In this document: positions 44,210 through 54,827 of the stretch, in pieces | How positions within the stretch are numbered: position 1 is the first letter of the stretch | Layout: each line of letters starts with the position of its first letter | Source of the DNA: a virus | Direction: 5' to 3' (one strand) | IMG/VR virus record: IMGVR_UViG_3300045988_060580 | Length of the DNA stretch: 56,154 bases | Position numbers and translations under genes: made by a program | Notes under the pieces: generated by a model | The model's input: the letters and a program-made list of their open reading frames with translations, nothing else | What the model was told of the DNA's origin: nothing | Databases searched by the model: none

Positions 44210-44577
44210 GATTAATATCGCAGAACGGAACAATAGATGTTCCTTATGATTATTTTTCATTATCTATGTCTAGTGGGAAATATAAAAATGTAGAAGTGGC
44301 ATATATCTATTGCCACAATTTATCATCACCGAATGGCACAAAGTTGGCTGAATATTCCACCGAAGCAAAGGCAATTAAGGCTATGGAAATGTTGAGAGAA
44401 GCATACACAGGAAAGCCAAAATTAAATGTAGATGAAATCCCTAACTTAGCACCACGGGAGTTTGGAGAAAAATTAGGAATTGGCGATATTCTACTTTGCG
44501 ATAAAACCAATGCGGATGTCAGCTTTTCAAGCAATTACTATTTTCAGTTCCCGCAGGATGATGAAATCGAGGTGTGA
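44206..44577 (+). CDS. Hypothetical protein
   Basis: ORF with ATGA overlap. Confidence 0.5.
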   Translation: MRLISQNGTIDVPYDYFSLSMSSGKYKNVEVAYIYCHNLSSPNGTKLAEYSTEAKAIKAMEMLREAYTGKPKLNVDEIPNLAPREFGEKLGIGDILLCDKTNADVSFSSNYYFQFPQDDEIEV

Positions 44578-44579
44578 GT

Positions 44580-45311
44580 ATGAGATTAAAATGCTTAGGC
44601 TCATCGTCAGCCGGAAATTGCTATCTGCTAACTTCCAACAGCGGAGAAACACTTATCCTTGATTGCGGAATACCGATTAAGGAAATCAAGAAAGGCTTGG
44701 ATTGGAACATTAAAGATGTTGTGGGTGTGTTATGCACCCATAAACACCTTGACCATAGCAAGTCGGTAAAAGATTTTGAAACTATGGGTATTCCTATATG
44801 TGAGCCATACAAATCCTTGCTTATGAATCAGTTTCTAGCAAATTCTTATTTTACTGTAAGAACTTTTGACCTAACAACGATAGATGGAAACTGGACGCAT
44901 ACAGATGCAGACGGAATACCTTGCCCGATATATGGCTTTCTAATTACTCACAAGGAAATGGGCAGAATGCTTTACATAACCGATTGTGAACTAATCAAGT
45001 GGAAGTTTAAAGACATAAATCACATTCTCTTAGGTGTGAATTATGACAAGGACTTAATCGACAGGGATAACGCAGGCAAAGCTAATCACGTTTTCAGAGG
45101 TCACTTATCCATTGACACAGCTTGCGATTTTGTTAAGGCAAATTATTCAGATAGCTTGCAGAACGTCATAATGTGCCATCTATCAAGTGAAAATTCTGAT
45201 AGAGATAGTTTTATCGAGAAGATGAAGAAAGTCGCTTATGGGGCGAATGTAGATGTTGCAGAGCGCAACAAGGAATGGGTTTTAAGGAAAGGAGATGAAT
45301 GTCCGTTTTGA
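44580..45311 (+). CDS. Metallo-beta-lactamase-fold hydrolase/nuclease
   Basis: HKHLDH motif. Confidence 0.7.
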   Translation: MRLKCLGSSSAGNCYLLTSNSGETLILDCGIPIKEIKKGLDWNIKDVVGVLCTHKHLDHSKSVKDFETMGIPICEPYKSLLMNQFLANSYFTVRTFDLTTIDGNWTHTDADGIPCPIYGFLITHKEMGRMLYITDCELIKWKFKDINHILLGVNYDKDLIDRDNAGKANHVFRGHLSIDTACDFVKANYSDSLQNVIMCHLSSENSDRDSFIEKMKKVAYGANVDVAERNKEWVLRKGDECPF

Positions 45312-45685
45312 TTAGTTGGGATATAGTTACAAAGTTAATGAATTGTTTTCCTAATAGCGTTATAAATCATAACGCAGAGTTTATAGCACATATTAAAAGC
45401 AATACATATTTTGGTTTAAAAGATTGCGAAAATGAAACAGATGTAAAGTGTAAAGTTTTGGAATGGCTATCAAGACCTGCATACAAGACGGAACCATATA
45501 ACACCAAACGGAGCAATGATGAATTTCACAGATTTATGCTTGGCGGCATAAATCAGTTTTTGGAAACAGACTTTACCGAGAAAGATATGGAACAGATTTA
45601 TACATATCTTGGGAATAGGTGCAACCATGCCAAAACATTGAAGTTTATTGAAAGCGGATATGATATGTCGGTTTTGAAAGATTAA
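45299..45685 (+). CDS. Hypothetical protein
   Basis: ORF with RBS aaaggag. Confidence 0.5.
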   Translation: MSVLISWDIVTKLMNCFPNSVINHNAEFIAHIKSNTYFGLKDCENETDVKCKVLEWLSRPAYKTEPYNTKRSNDEFHRFMLGGINQFLETDFTEKDMEQIYTYLGNRCNHAKTLKFIESGYDMSVLKD

Positions 45686-45725
45686 AAAATCCTAGTGAGT
45701 GTCCGTTTTAGAAAGGAGAATTGAA

Positions 45726-46061
45726 ATGAAGAAATCTGAACCAAAAATGATTTTAAATATGTCTCTCAATAGCGAGGAAATTGAAGAAAAGGTCAAGATT
45801 GCTATGGACGAATATGTAGAGAAAGTTATTTATAAAAATCTTGATGAAGAAATTACAAAAATTGTTGACAAGAGAATTGAAAAACTTACATCTGCTTCAA
45901 GCTGGAGTAGCGACAGGAAAATACAGGGTGTTTCTTTTGAGCAGTTTGTGAAAGAAAGGACTGAAAAAACTATCGGTGATTTTGTAGAAAAGAATATCAA
46001 AGAAATTCTTGCTAAGAGATTTGCTGAAATTATGACAGATAGGAGTTTTGACAATGATTAA
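45726..46061 (+). CDS. Hypothetical protein
   Basis: ORF with RBS aaaggag. Confidence 0.5.
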   Translation: MKKSEPKMILNMSLNSEEIEEKVKIAMDEYVEKVIYKNLDEEITKIVDKRIEKLTSASSWSSDRKIQGVSFEQFVKERTEKTIGDFVEKNIKEILAKRFAEIMTDRSFDND

Positions 46062-46323
46062 AGGCAGAAAGGAGCATAGCAAATTAAAGCAACATTTCAT
46101 CGAGAAGATTGGAGAAAACAAAATGAAATATAATGATTTTACGAGCGGAGAATATGTGAAAAAAGAAGATGTGATGACATATTTAAGAGTGTTTAATTGG
46201 GATATGCCAAGAAAAGAATTAATTGAGAAATTTAAAGGTATTTCATCTATTACTCTTAACAACCAGGATATAAACAAAGTAAAAATAAATAAATTGCTAA
46301 ATGGTGAATGGAGCGATGATTAG
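46054..46323 (+). CDS. Hypothetical protein
   Basis: ORF with RBS aggag. Confidence 0.45.
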   Translation: MIKGRKEHSKLKQHFIEKIGENKMKYNDFTSGEYVKKEDVMTYLRVFNWDMPRKELIEKFKGISSITLNNQDINKVKINKLLNGEWSDD

Positions 46324-46355
46324 TTAGAAATACATGTTCGCAGAAAGGAGCAGTA

Positions 46356-46583
46356 ATGGCTAAGAAGAAATTAACAGGAGTAAGCCCTATAACCAACAGA
46401 ATATATTATGGAACGCAAGACACAGAAAAACATATGTGGATAGGACAGAAGACAGATATTACAGATAGTGCAATAGCTTCTGTATTTGAATGGTTCATGG
46501 CGAATATGGTGGGAAAAGAAGAATATTCTATCACATATCCAGAGACAGATTTTGAGTTAGTCATGAGAAGAAAGGAGCAGTAA
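46356..46583 (+). CDS. Hypothetical protein
   Basis: ORF with RBS aaaggagcagtaATG. Confidence 0.5.
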   Translation: MAKKKLTGVSPITNRIYYGTQDTEKHMWIGQKTDITDSAIASVFEWFMANMVGKEEYSITYPETDFELVMRRKEQ

Positions 46584-47074
46584 TGGAGAAATTAACGATT
46601 GATGCGATAATTGAGCATTGCGACAGAAAAACAAGGATGTACGAAAAGGCTTGTGATATTAAGTATCTCGAAACAACTATGAATAATTCTACAAAGGAGT
46701 ATTGGGAACATAAATAAGTTGCTGAATATTTAAGAAAGTTCAAAGATTATGAGGACTTAGAAGAACAGGGCAGAATGATTATTTTCCCATGTAACAAAGG
46801 AGATAAAATCTATGAATTTTATCGCGAATGTGTAGAATGCAGATTAGAAGCCGGAGAGACACCGGAAGATATTATCAGTATGAGGAGAGTTCGTTATTTT
46901 GGGTATAATGGAGATGAAGCATACATTTACGCGTCACAAGCATTACCGGTTCGACTTTTTAATAACGATGAGCCATTTTGTATTCCGGTAAGTGAGATAG
47001 GCAAAACTGTTTTTCTTTCATACGAGGAAGCCGAAGCAAAACTGAAAGAATTGAGAGATGAAGAAAATGAGTAA
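46583..47074 (+). CDS. Conserved phage protein interrupted by one in-frame TAA (46715..46717)
   Basis: The same frame is open on both sides of the TAA. The 19 codons between the TAA and the next ATG (46775) read VAEYLRKFKDYEDLEEQGR, with no RBS. Confidence 0.5.
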
Positions 47075-47423
47075 AGAAAATATAAGAGAACTAGCAGAAG
47101 ACAATGCTATATATGAATTTAATAAATTTAAAAAGATATATGGCAATTATGCGGATGAATATGTCAGGCATTTTTACAACAAGTTAGCTGAATTAAGAGG
47201 TGGGGTTGATGATGTTCACACTTGCAACTGCCAGCATAACAGCAATTCAAGAGACGATGAGCCTTGTTGCAGATGTGATAGTAGAAAGACCAATGCCGAC
47301 AGGATAAGAAATATGTCGGATGAAGAACTATCAGAATTTCTTGTCGGATTCAAAAACACATTTGGAGAGGAATACGAAGGAGAAGCTAGTTGTACGGATT
47401 GGCTTCAATCAGAAGCAGAATAG
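47058..47423 (+). CDS. Hypothetical protein
   Basis: ORF. Confidence 0.5.
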   Translation: MKKMSKENIRELAEDNAIYEFNKFKKIYGNYADEYVRHFYNKLAELRGGVDDVHTCNCQHNSNSRDDEPCCRCDSRKTNADRIRNMSDEELSEFLVGFKNTFGEEYEGEASCTDWLQSEAE

Positions 47424-47431
47424 GAGAGAAT

Positions 47432-47935
47432 ATGGAAGACAAATACTTACACAAGGCAAAACGAACCGATAATGGAGAATGGGTGCAAGGCTATTTAGTG
47501 TACGATAAAAGGGATAAGATGTACAGAATAATTACTGAAATTAACTATTCTACAGGAACTTGCTTAACAGCAGATAATGCTCCAAGAGTTGATTCATCTA
47601 CAATCTGCCGATGTACAGGCTTGAAAGATAAGAACGGCAAGCTGATTTGGGAGAATGATATTGTGGAACTCTTAGGACATAGAGGGGTTATCAAGTATGT
47701 GTGTGGTGGTTTCGGAATTGGATATCGAAAAAATATTGATTGGGAAGAAATACAATCAAATATTATGCGTGTTACAGGGTGTGAAAACATTTTATATGCT
47801 TGTGAAAACGATAATTATATATCATTGTGGGAAATCTATTGGAATTTTAATGATGAGGATGATTCGGTAAACACAGTTGAAGTTATCGGAAACATATTTG
47901 ACAATAAAGAGTTATTAGAAAGTGAGGAAAAGTAA
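47432..47935 (+). CDS. YopX-family protein
   Basis: Motifs GEWVQGY....CTGLKDKNGKLIWENDIV. Confidence 0.6.
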   Translation: MEDKYLHKAKRTDNGEWVQGYLVYDKRDKMYRIITEINYSTGTCLTADNAPRVDSSTICRCTGLKDKNGKLIWENDIVELLGHRGVIKYVCGGFGIGYRKNIDWEEIQSNIMRVTGCENILYACENDNYISLWEIYWNFNDEDDSVNTVEVIGNIFDNKELLESEEK

Positions 47936-48366
47936 TGAATCGTGTAATTTTATGTGGGAGACTGACTAAACAGCCAGAGATTAGATATTCACAGACAGCA
48001 AACGGAAGTACGGCGGTAGCAAGGTACACATTAGCTGTTGACAGAGCTTTTAAGAAAGATGGTGAACAGGCAGCAGACTTTATTAACTGTATCGCATTTG
48101 GCAAGAATGGAGAGTTTGCAGAGAAGTATCTTCATCAGGGAACTAAGATTATCGTTGAGGGCAGATGGCAGACAGGCAATTACACTAACAAGGACGGACA
48201 GAAAGTCTACACTAATGATTGCGTTGTTGAAAAACACGAATTTTGCGAAAGTCGTGCTAATCAGCAGAATAATAACAGTAACGGAATTATGGGCGGTAAT
48301 GCTAGTTCAGACAGCTTTATGTCAATTCCAGATGGTGTAGCTGACGAGGGATTACCATTTAATTAA
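47935..48366 (+). CDS. ssb: Single-stranded DNA-binding protein
   Basis: MNRVILCGRLTKQPEIRY..., followed by a Gly/Asn linker and an acidic DEGLPF tail. Confidence 0.85.
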   Translation: MNRVILCGRLTKQPEIRYSQTANGSTAVARYTLAVDRAFKKDGEQAADFINCIAFGKNGEFAEKYLHQGTKIIVEGRWQTGNYTNKDGQKVYTNDCVVEKHEFCESRANQQNNNSNGIMGGNASSDSFMSIPDGVADEGLPFN

Positions 48367-48378
48367 AGAGGTGTGAGT

Positions 48379-48669
48379 ATGACAGAGAATGAAGCAATAG
48401 AAAAGCTGAAAAATATGCGATTATATATGCAGATTGAGGACAAGAGCAACGACTGCAAGTTTACAGAAGATGATTACAGGGCTAATGAAATGGCAATCAA
48501 AGCACTTGAAAAGCAGATACCAAGGAAACCTATCAAGAGTGAAAAACAAGTAGTTAGGTATGTTAATACATATTATTGCCCGACTTGTAATTTAGGATTT
48601 ACTGGGACAAATATTGCAAAGTATTGCTACCATTGCGGTCAAAAATTTGATTGGAGTGATGAGAAATGA
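48379..48669 (+). CDS. Zinc-ribbon protein
   Basis: CPTC...CYHC pairs. Confidence 0.5.
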   Translation: MTENEAIEKLKNMRLYMQIEDKSNDCKFTEDDYRANEMAIKALEKQIPRKPIKSEKQVVRYVNTYYCPTCNLGFTGTNIAKYCYHCGQKFDWSDEK

Positions 48670-48902
48670 GATTAATTGACGCAGATGTATTTGAGAAGTT
48701 TATAAGAAAAAATTGTACAGATTCGCTTGTAGATTTGTGGTGTGAATTAGTACGAAGACAACCAACATCTTATGATGTAGATAAGGTTGTGAAACAGTTG
48801 GAAGAACTTAGAAAAGAATGTGAAGATCCATTGCAGGATTATGACCCAAATTATTTTATTGTCAAAGCAATCGAGATAGTAAAGGCAGGTGGCAATTCTT
48901 GA
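48666..48902 (+). CDS. Hypothetical protein
   Basis: ORF. Confidence 0.5.
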   Translation: MRLIDADVFEKFIRKNCTDSLVDLWCELVRRQPTSYDVDKVVKQLEELRKECEDPLQDYDPNYFIVKAIEIVKAGGNS

Positions 48903-49489
48903 GTTATCAGAACATAGCAAGAGCCAAGGCAATAGAACAGGAAAACAAAAAGCGACTATTGAAACTGAATCCAAAACTGAATGACAAAAGTGGAATATAT
49001 TTCTTGACAAGAACTGACGAAAACAATATCTCATATTTTTACATAGGACAGGCGGTTAGGATTATACAGAGGATGTGCGGACACCTTGTAGGGTATCAAC
49101 ACATAGACCTATCCCTAAAAAAAAGGGGCTTTTATAGTGATGATAACCCTTATGGGTGGAAGTTGAATTTTATCAATTATCCCGAATCTGAACTTGATAA
49201 ATGGGAACAGTACTGGATTTTGGAGTACACCAAGAAAGGTTATCAGTGTCGCTATAATAAGACAGCTGGCGGTCAAGGAGAGGGCAAGGAAAAGATAAAT
49301 GAATTTAAACCTTCTAAGGGTTACAGAGACGGCATACAGCAAGGCAAAAAGGTGCTAGCGAGGGAATTATCCTCTATCGCAGAAAAGCACCTTAAAATCG
49401 AATTGAGAGAAGATAAGCAGCACAACAAAGTATCGCAGAAACAGTATGAGAAGTTTATGGATTTATTGAAAGTGGGTGATTTAGAATGA
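48899..49489 (+). CDS. GIY-YIG nuclease (free-standing homing-endonuclease-like)
   Basis: Motif GIYFLTRTDENNISYFYIGQA....R...H. Confidence 0.6.
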   Translation: MSYQNIARAKAIEQENKKRLLKLNPKLNDKSGIYFLTRTDENNISYFYIGQAVRIIQRMCGHLVGYQHIDLSLKKRGFYSDDNPYGWKLNFINYPESELDKWEQYWILEYTKKGYQCRYNKTAGGQGEGKEKINEFKPSKGYRDGIQQGKKVLARELSSIAEKHLKIELREDKQHNKVSQKQYEKFMDLLKVGDLE

Positions 49490-49746
49490 GAATTTTGAGC
49501 AGTAAAGATTATTCTTGGCTTATGGACCGAATAGAAACTCTTTCCAATGAAAATGAAAGATTACAGATGAAAGTTGATGAAATAACAAAAGAACAGCCTA
49601 ACGATTGTAAAAGCAATGAAGGAAGTGACTTTTGCAGTATTTGCAAATTTGGCTATTTGAGAACAAGAAATCCATTTGGGGCAGATTTTTATGCTTGCAG
49701 TAAAACAGTGTCTTGTGAGGGCTTTAAAAGAAAAGAAGATAATTAA
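49486..49746 (+). CDS. Hypothetical Cys-containing protein
   Basis: ORF. Confidence 0.5.
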   Translation: MRILSSKDYSWLMDRIETLSNENERLQMKVDEITKEQPNDCKSNEGSDFCSICKFGYLRTRNPFGADFYACSKTVSCEGFKRKEDN

Positions 49747-50590
49747 CTAAAAACCAAAGAAAGGAACAGGTTGTGCGCACATAAAACCGAGGTTTCCTTT
49801 TGGCAGATTTATGAATTTTGACAATTATTCTTGTGATAATCAAATGTCTATATTTGACTTCACAAGAGAACCAATTAGCATTACAAAGCCTATCCGCTTG
49901 ATAGAATTATTCGCCGGCTACGGAAGTCAGGCAATGGCACTAAAGAGAATAGGTGCTAAATTTGAGCATTACAGAGTTGTGGAGTTTGATAAGTATGCCA
50001 TAGCAAGCTATAACGCAGTGCATGGCACAGATTTTCCTACAATGGATATAACTAAGGTTCATGCAGAAGATTTGAATATCTGCGACACAGATGCATTCAC
50101 TTACTTACTTACTTACTCGTTTCCATGCACCGATTTATCAGTTGCCGGAAAACAAGCCGGAATGTCTAAGGGCAGCGGCACAAGAAGCGGTCTGTTGTGG
50201 GAAGTTGAGAGAATACTAACAGAAATTAGAGATAGCAACGGAGAATTACCACAGATTTTGTTCATGGAGAATGTGCCACAAGTGCATAGTCAGGATAATA
50301 TGCCCGACTTTAGAAAGTGGCTAGTTTTCCTTGAAAGCCTTGGTTACACAAATTACTATCAAGACTTGAATGCTAAAAATTATGGTGTAGCACAAAATCG
50401 TGAAAGGTGTTTTATGTTTTCATTCCTGGGTGAGTACAATTACCATTTTCCACAGCCTATACCACTCAAAAAGAAGTTGAAAGACTATCTTGAGGATAAT
50501 GTAGATGAAAAGTATTACATCAACAATGAAAAGGCTGACAAGCTGATAAAACAGCTTATTGACAACGGCACATTGCCACAACACAATCTT

Positions 50591-50637
<47 letters not shown>

Positions 50638-50927
50638 TTGCGTTGACGGAACAATCAATAAGCCGCAGCAAAGAGAAGTTGCAAACTGCATCAAGGCAAG
50701 ATGTGACTGCGGAATATCAAACTTGCGGTCAGACGGAAACTTGGTTGTTAAAGGATATGGGAGAGACGGCAGACAAACAGATTGATGTAGCCGTAACTCT
50801 TAGGGCAAGAGATTATAAAGGCCTTGATAATTATGGAAGCAATGGAGTGATTGAATGGAAAAATTAACAGACGCTATCGGAATAGTGCTTTTTGAAAGTG
50901 AAAAATTCGGTGGCGAAAAGGTACTTA

Positions 50928-50935
50928 GGGGGGGG
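50928..50935 (+). repeat. G8 homopolymer in a methyltransferase TRD
   Basis: Currently in frame (LRGGICPTL). Confidence 0.95.
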
Positions 50936-51054
50936 ATTTGTCCTACCCTAAGAGCCAATAAAACAAGTAGCGGAGTGATTGAAGTAATGGCAGATGTAAA
51001 TGTAATAGGCTCTCTTGAAGCAAAATTCGAGAGTACCAACAGAATTTATGATGT

Positions 51055-51062
51055 GGGGGGGG
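51055..51062 (+). repeat. G8 homopolymer at the frame 2 to frame 0 junction of the methyltransferase
   Basis: G7 or G10 would join NRIYDVGG to CSPTLSTMQGG. Confidence 0.95.
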
Positions 51063-51727
51063 TGCAGTCCAACATTGAGTACAATGCAAGGTGGCAATCA
51101 AGAGCCGAAAATTCTTGAAGAGCAAATTCCATGCAAATTAGATAAAATGCCTAACGGACACTTAGAAAGCTTAGATAATGCGAAAATATGTGACATTAAT
51201 ACACCTACTGCAAGCACAGTGACATCACAATATTATAAAGGCATAGGCAGTCATAAAGACAATATGTGCATAGTTGCTATGCGTGGCAGAAATCCTGATA
51301 ATCCGTCAGATAGAACTGCGGGAAGTCTAACAGAGCAGAGATTAGAGGTGAATATGCAAGGTACAAGTAATTGCTTAACGAGTGTGCAGAAAGATAATTT
51401 ATTGCTTGAAAATAATATCCAAAAAGTCGGTCAAATATCAAGCAACGGTTCCCAATGTGGCACAGTTATTTCTGATAATGGCATATCCGCTAATCTTGTA
51501 GCTGGCACACACGGATATGCAAATAGCCATATTGCTACGCAATATCGTATAAGAAAGCTAACACCGAGAGAGTGTGGACGGCTGATGGGTGTATCTGATG
51601 AAGATATTGACAAAATGGCAGCAATAAACAGTAATACGCAGTTGTATAAGCAATTTGGAAACAGTATTGTGGTAGATGTTATGTGTGCTATGTTTAAGAA
51701 TTTAAACATCAATCAAGGAGATACAGT

Positions 51728-51919
51728 ATGAAAGACGAAACAAAGCAGGAAATACAGATTTTACTTGACCTACTCAAAGGCAGTCTTACAAGAAATGGTG
51801 TAAGTATGGCAACTGACAGAGAGGGCAACTTGATGTTCTTTGATACAACAACTTACATCAAGAGTAAAGGCAAGGAATTTGACGGATTCAGAATTAACAT
51901 TAACGATTTAGTGAAGTAA
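51728..51919 (+). CDS. Hypothetical protein
   Basis: ORF with ATGA overlap. Confidence 0.5.
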   Translation: MKDETKQEIQILLDLLKGSLTRNGVSMATDREGNLMFFDTTTYIKSKGKEFDGFRININDLVK

Positions 51920-51948
51920 CAATGTGACAGAACTTGAAGAGGTAGACT

Positions 51949-52758
51949 GTGAATAAAGGTTGGATAAAATTGCATAGGCAACTACTGGATTGTTGGATAT
52001 GGCGAGTAAACGAACCATTTGACAAGCGTTCAGCTTGGGTTGATTTATTACTTACCGCTAACCATTCAGATACAAAACTATTATTCAACGGAGAAATAAT
52101 CACGATAACAAGGGGACAGATTTTAACATCTGTCCGACAGTTATCAGCAAAATGGAATTGGAGTGTAAATAGAACATATCGCTTTCTAAAAATGCTAGAA
52201 AACGAAAATATGGTGCAAAAAGAAAGCAACGATAATAGAACACTTCTAACCATAGTAAATTACAGCGTTTTCCAGTTTTCAGAAAACAGTAACGAAAACA
52301 CTAACGAACACACCAACGGAAACAGTAACGGAAACACCGATAGAACACTTACGGAAACACCAACGGAAACAGTGACGAAACACATACAAGAATGTAAAGA
52401 ATGTAATAATGATAAAGAATTAAAGAATGATAAGAATATAAAAGAAAAAGATATTACTAACGTAATATCCAAAAAGAAAAGTTATTATCCCAATGATGAA
52501 TTACTTGATGAAGCATTTAACGAGTATGTGACAATGCGCAAGAAAATCAAAAAACCTATATGCACCGACAAGGCATTGCATAGGGCTATGAATACTCTTG
52601 AAAAGTTGTCTGGCGGAGATAATGACTTAGCTGTTAAAATTCTTAATCAGTCAGTAGACCATTGTTGGCAAGGACTGTTTGAGCTGAAAGAAGATAGCTC
52701 TAATAAGCAAGGCAATCAGAATTTCAATAAGGGTGCTATTGACTGGGATAATGTGTAA
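51949..52758 (+). CDS. Replisome-organiser/DnaD-like wHTH protein (GTG start)
   Basis: The N-terminus GWIKLHRQLLDCWIW....RGQILTSVRQLSAKWNWSVNRTYRFLKMLE is typical of phage replication organisers. Confidence 0.55.
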   Translation: MNKGWIKLHRQLLDCWIWRVNEPFDKRSAWVDLLLTANHSDTKLLFNGEIITITRGQILTSVRQLSAKWNWSVNRTYRFLKMLENENMVQKESNDNRTLLTIVNYSVFQFSENSNENTNEHTNGNSNGNTDRTLTETPTETVTKHIQECKECNNDKELKNDKNIKEKDITNVISKKKSYYPNDELLDEAFNEYVTMRKKIKKPICTDKALHRAMNTLEKLSGGDNDLAVKILNQSVDHCWQGLFELKEDSSNKQGNQNFNKGAIDWDNV

Positions 52759-52770
52759 AGGAGAAAAATT

Positions 52771-52977
52771 ATGTATTCAGATACAATTTACGAAATCACA
52801 GTTAATGATAGTGAAAGAGCGGTTATCGAAGATATATTAAATATATTAGATAATTGCCCTATTGATTTGGGTAATTGTGATTATGTGGATATTTTTAGAA
52901 GCATAGCAAATAAAAGCTCAAATGTAGACGCAGATGGTATCAAAATTTTATATGAATCAGGAGGTAGCAATGCTTGA
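52771..52977 (+). CDS. Hypothetical acidic protein
   Basis: ORF. Confidence 0.5.
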   Translation: MYSDTIYEITVNDSERAVIEDILNILDNCPIDLGNCDYVDIFRSIANKSSNVDADGIKILYESGGSNA

Positions 52978-53633
52978 CAAGAGAAGAAACAGTTAAAATC
53001 ATTCGCATTATGTGTGATTGCTACCCTAACTACAAGCCTAACAACCTATCAGAGACAGTAGATGTGTGGAATATGATGTTGGAAAATTACGGTTATGAAC
53101 AAGTGTCAGTCGCACTTAAAGCATACATCAACTCTGATATAAGCGGATTTGCCCCAAGTATAGGACAGCTGATAGGTAAGATACAGACTATATCACAGCC
53201 ACAGGAACTTGACGGAATGACAGCTTGGGGGTTGGTTAGTAAGGCGTTACGGAATGGTACTTATGGGGCGGTTGAAGAATTTAATAAGCTACCGCCACTT
53301 GTCAGGCAGGCGGTTGGTATGCCAGATAACCTTAAAAACTGGGCGACATCAGATTATCAGACGATTGAAACAGTAATACAATCAAATTTTCTAAGAACTT
53401 ACGAAACAGTTGTTAAGCGTGCGAACGAAATAAATCGTATGCCAGACAATATCAAATCACTTATCGAAAAAACGAATGCAAATTCGCATAAGGCTCAAAT
53501 CGAGCAAAAACTCCAAAGAGATATAAATACATTACAAATTAAAGAAAATGCCCTTATCGGTCAAAATACAAACGCAGAAGAGTATATCGAAGCACCTCAA
53601 GATATTCAAGAAAGAATAAACGCCATGAGGTAG
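52974..53633 (+). CDS. G39P-like replicative helicase loader/inhibitor family protein
   Basis: The pattern VDVWNMMLENYGYEQVSVALKAYI....FAPSIGQLI resembles this family. Confidence 0.45.
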   Translation: MTREETVKIIRIMCDCYPNYKPNNLSETVDVWNMMLENYGYEQVSVALKAYINSDISGFAPSIGQLIGKIQTISQPQELDGMTAWGLVSKALRNGTYGAVEEFNKLPPLVRQAVGMPDNLKNWATSDYQTIETVIQSNFLRTYETVVKRANEINRMPDNIKSLIEKTNANSHKAQIEQKLQRDINTLQIKENALIGQNTNAEEYIEAPQDIQERINAMR

Positions 53634-53636
53634 ATT

Positions 53637-54119
53637 ATGAAACCTAAAAATTGTATTTATCCCGATTGTCTTAACTGCACATTGAATGATTGTCTATACA
53701 ATACACTTGAACAGCCAGATATAATTCAACAGAATAAACTGGATAAAGAGATTGCTTTTAGAAATAAATTAGAGCAATTAGAGCCAAAGCAAAGGGCAAA
53801 AGTTGTATATGGCAGAATGTATGAGCAGAGCGAGAAGGGCAAAGCTAGACGCAGACGATATAACCGGTCAGAGGCACACAAAATCAGCCAGAAGAAATAT
53901 TTTCAAACTGAAAAAGGCAAAGCTACACAGACAAGGTATAAGCAATCAGAGAAAGGAAAAGCTGCTCAAAAAAGAAGAGAAACTAAAAGAATTGAAACCG
54001 GTAAAAATGCCATATACTGTAAAAGATATCGGGAGAAAAAGAAAAGAGAGGCTATGTTAAATGAGCAAGTCGGAGCAACGAAGATTTCAAGAACAAATGA
54101 TGAGAGTTCAGTTAAATAG
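53637..54119 (+). CDS. Basic protein with an N-terminal Cys cluster and Y.Q(S/T)EKGKA repeats
   Basis: ORF with three EKGKA repeats. Confidence 0.5.
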   Translation: MKPKNCIYPDCLNCTLNDCLYNTLEQPDIIQQNKLDKEIAFRNKLEQLEPKQRAKVVYGRMYEQSEKGKARRRRYNRSEAHKISQKKYFQTEKGKATQTRYKQSEKGKAAQKRRETKRIETGKNAIYCKRYREKKKREAMLNEQVGATKISRTNDESSVK

Positions 54120-54333
54120 GCAGAAGAACAAAGAAAATAAAGAAATGTTCGGTAATGCCTTAACAATTCTGCTATGGGTGCTGCATGATAAATTCGGATT
54201 TGGAAATAAGCGACTAGAACGGCTTATTGATGAGATTGATAAATTCAACGAAGATTTCAACGCAGGACTTATAGATCCGAAAGAACTTATTGAACAGCTA
54301 GAAGAAGAAACAAAAATAAAAATTAAATATTAA
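54061..54333 (+). CDS. Hypothetical protein
   Basis: RBS gagagg. Overlaps the upstream ORF by 59 nt. Confidence 0.45.
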   Translation: MSKSEQRRFQEQMMRVQLNRQKNKENKEMFGNALTILLWVLHDKFGFGNKRLERLIDEIDKFNEDFNAGLIDPKELIEQLEEETKIKIKY

Positions 54334-54345
54334 GGAGTATGGCTT

Positions 54346-54744
54346 ATGAAGTTTTCAGAACTTACTAAGCCGGAACTTGAAAAGATATTGGAAAATGCCA
54401 ATTTTACCGAGGAAGAATTAAGAATTTTCAAGTTGCTTGTGGGTAATATGAGCTTAGAGCAAATTAGCCAGAGGCTCATGTTATCCAAAGCAACAATTTC
54501 AAGGAGAGTTAAGGATATAAAAATCAAGATAGAAAGGACTGATGAAATGGTTAAAACAATCCCTATATGGGAAAAAGTAACACTGACAGTTGAAGAAGCG
54601 TCTGAATATAGCAATATTGGAATTAATAGAATTAGTACAATGCTTAATGAGATTAGTTGCCCCTTTGTTTTAAAGGTCGGAAATAAAAGGCTTGTCAAGC
54701 GTAAAGAGTTTGAGAAATATATAGAAAAAAGTAGGGAAATATAG
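54346..54744 (+). CDS. Dual HTH protein: sigma-70 r4/LuxR-like N-terminus and excisionase (MerR-type)-like C-terminus
   Basis: Segments LSKATISRRVKDIK and LTVEEASEYSNIGINRI....KRLVKRKEFEKYI. Adjacent to the integrase. Confidence 0.55.
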   Translation: MKFSELTKPELEKILENANFTEEELRIFKLLVGNMSLEQISQRLMLSKATISRRVKDIKIKIERTDEMVKTIPIWEKVTLTVEEASEYSNIGINRISTMLNEISCPFVLKVGNKRLVKRKEFEKYIEKSREI

Positions 54745-54827
54745 AGATATATTGAAATATAAGCTATTGTGTAGTAATATTAATTATCACGCAATAGCTC
54801 TTTATTTATTGAAAGGAGCTAAAGAAA

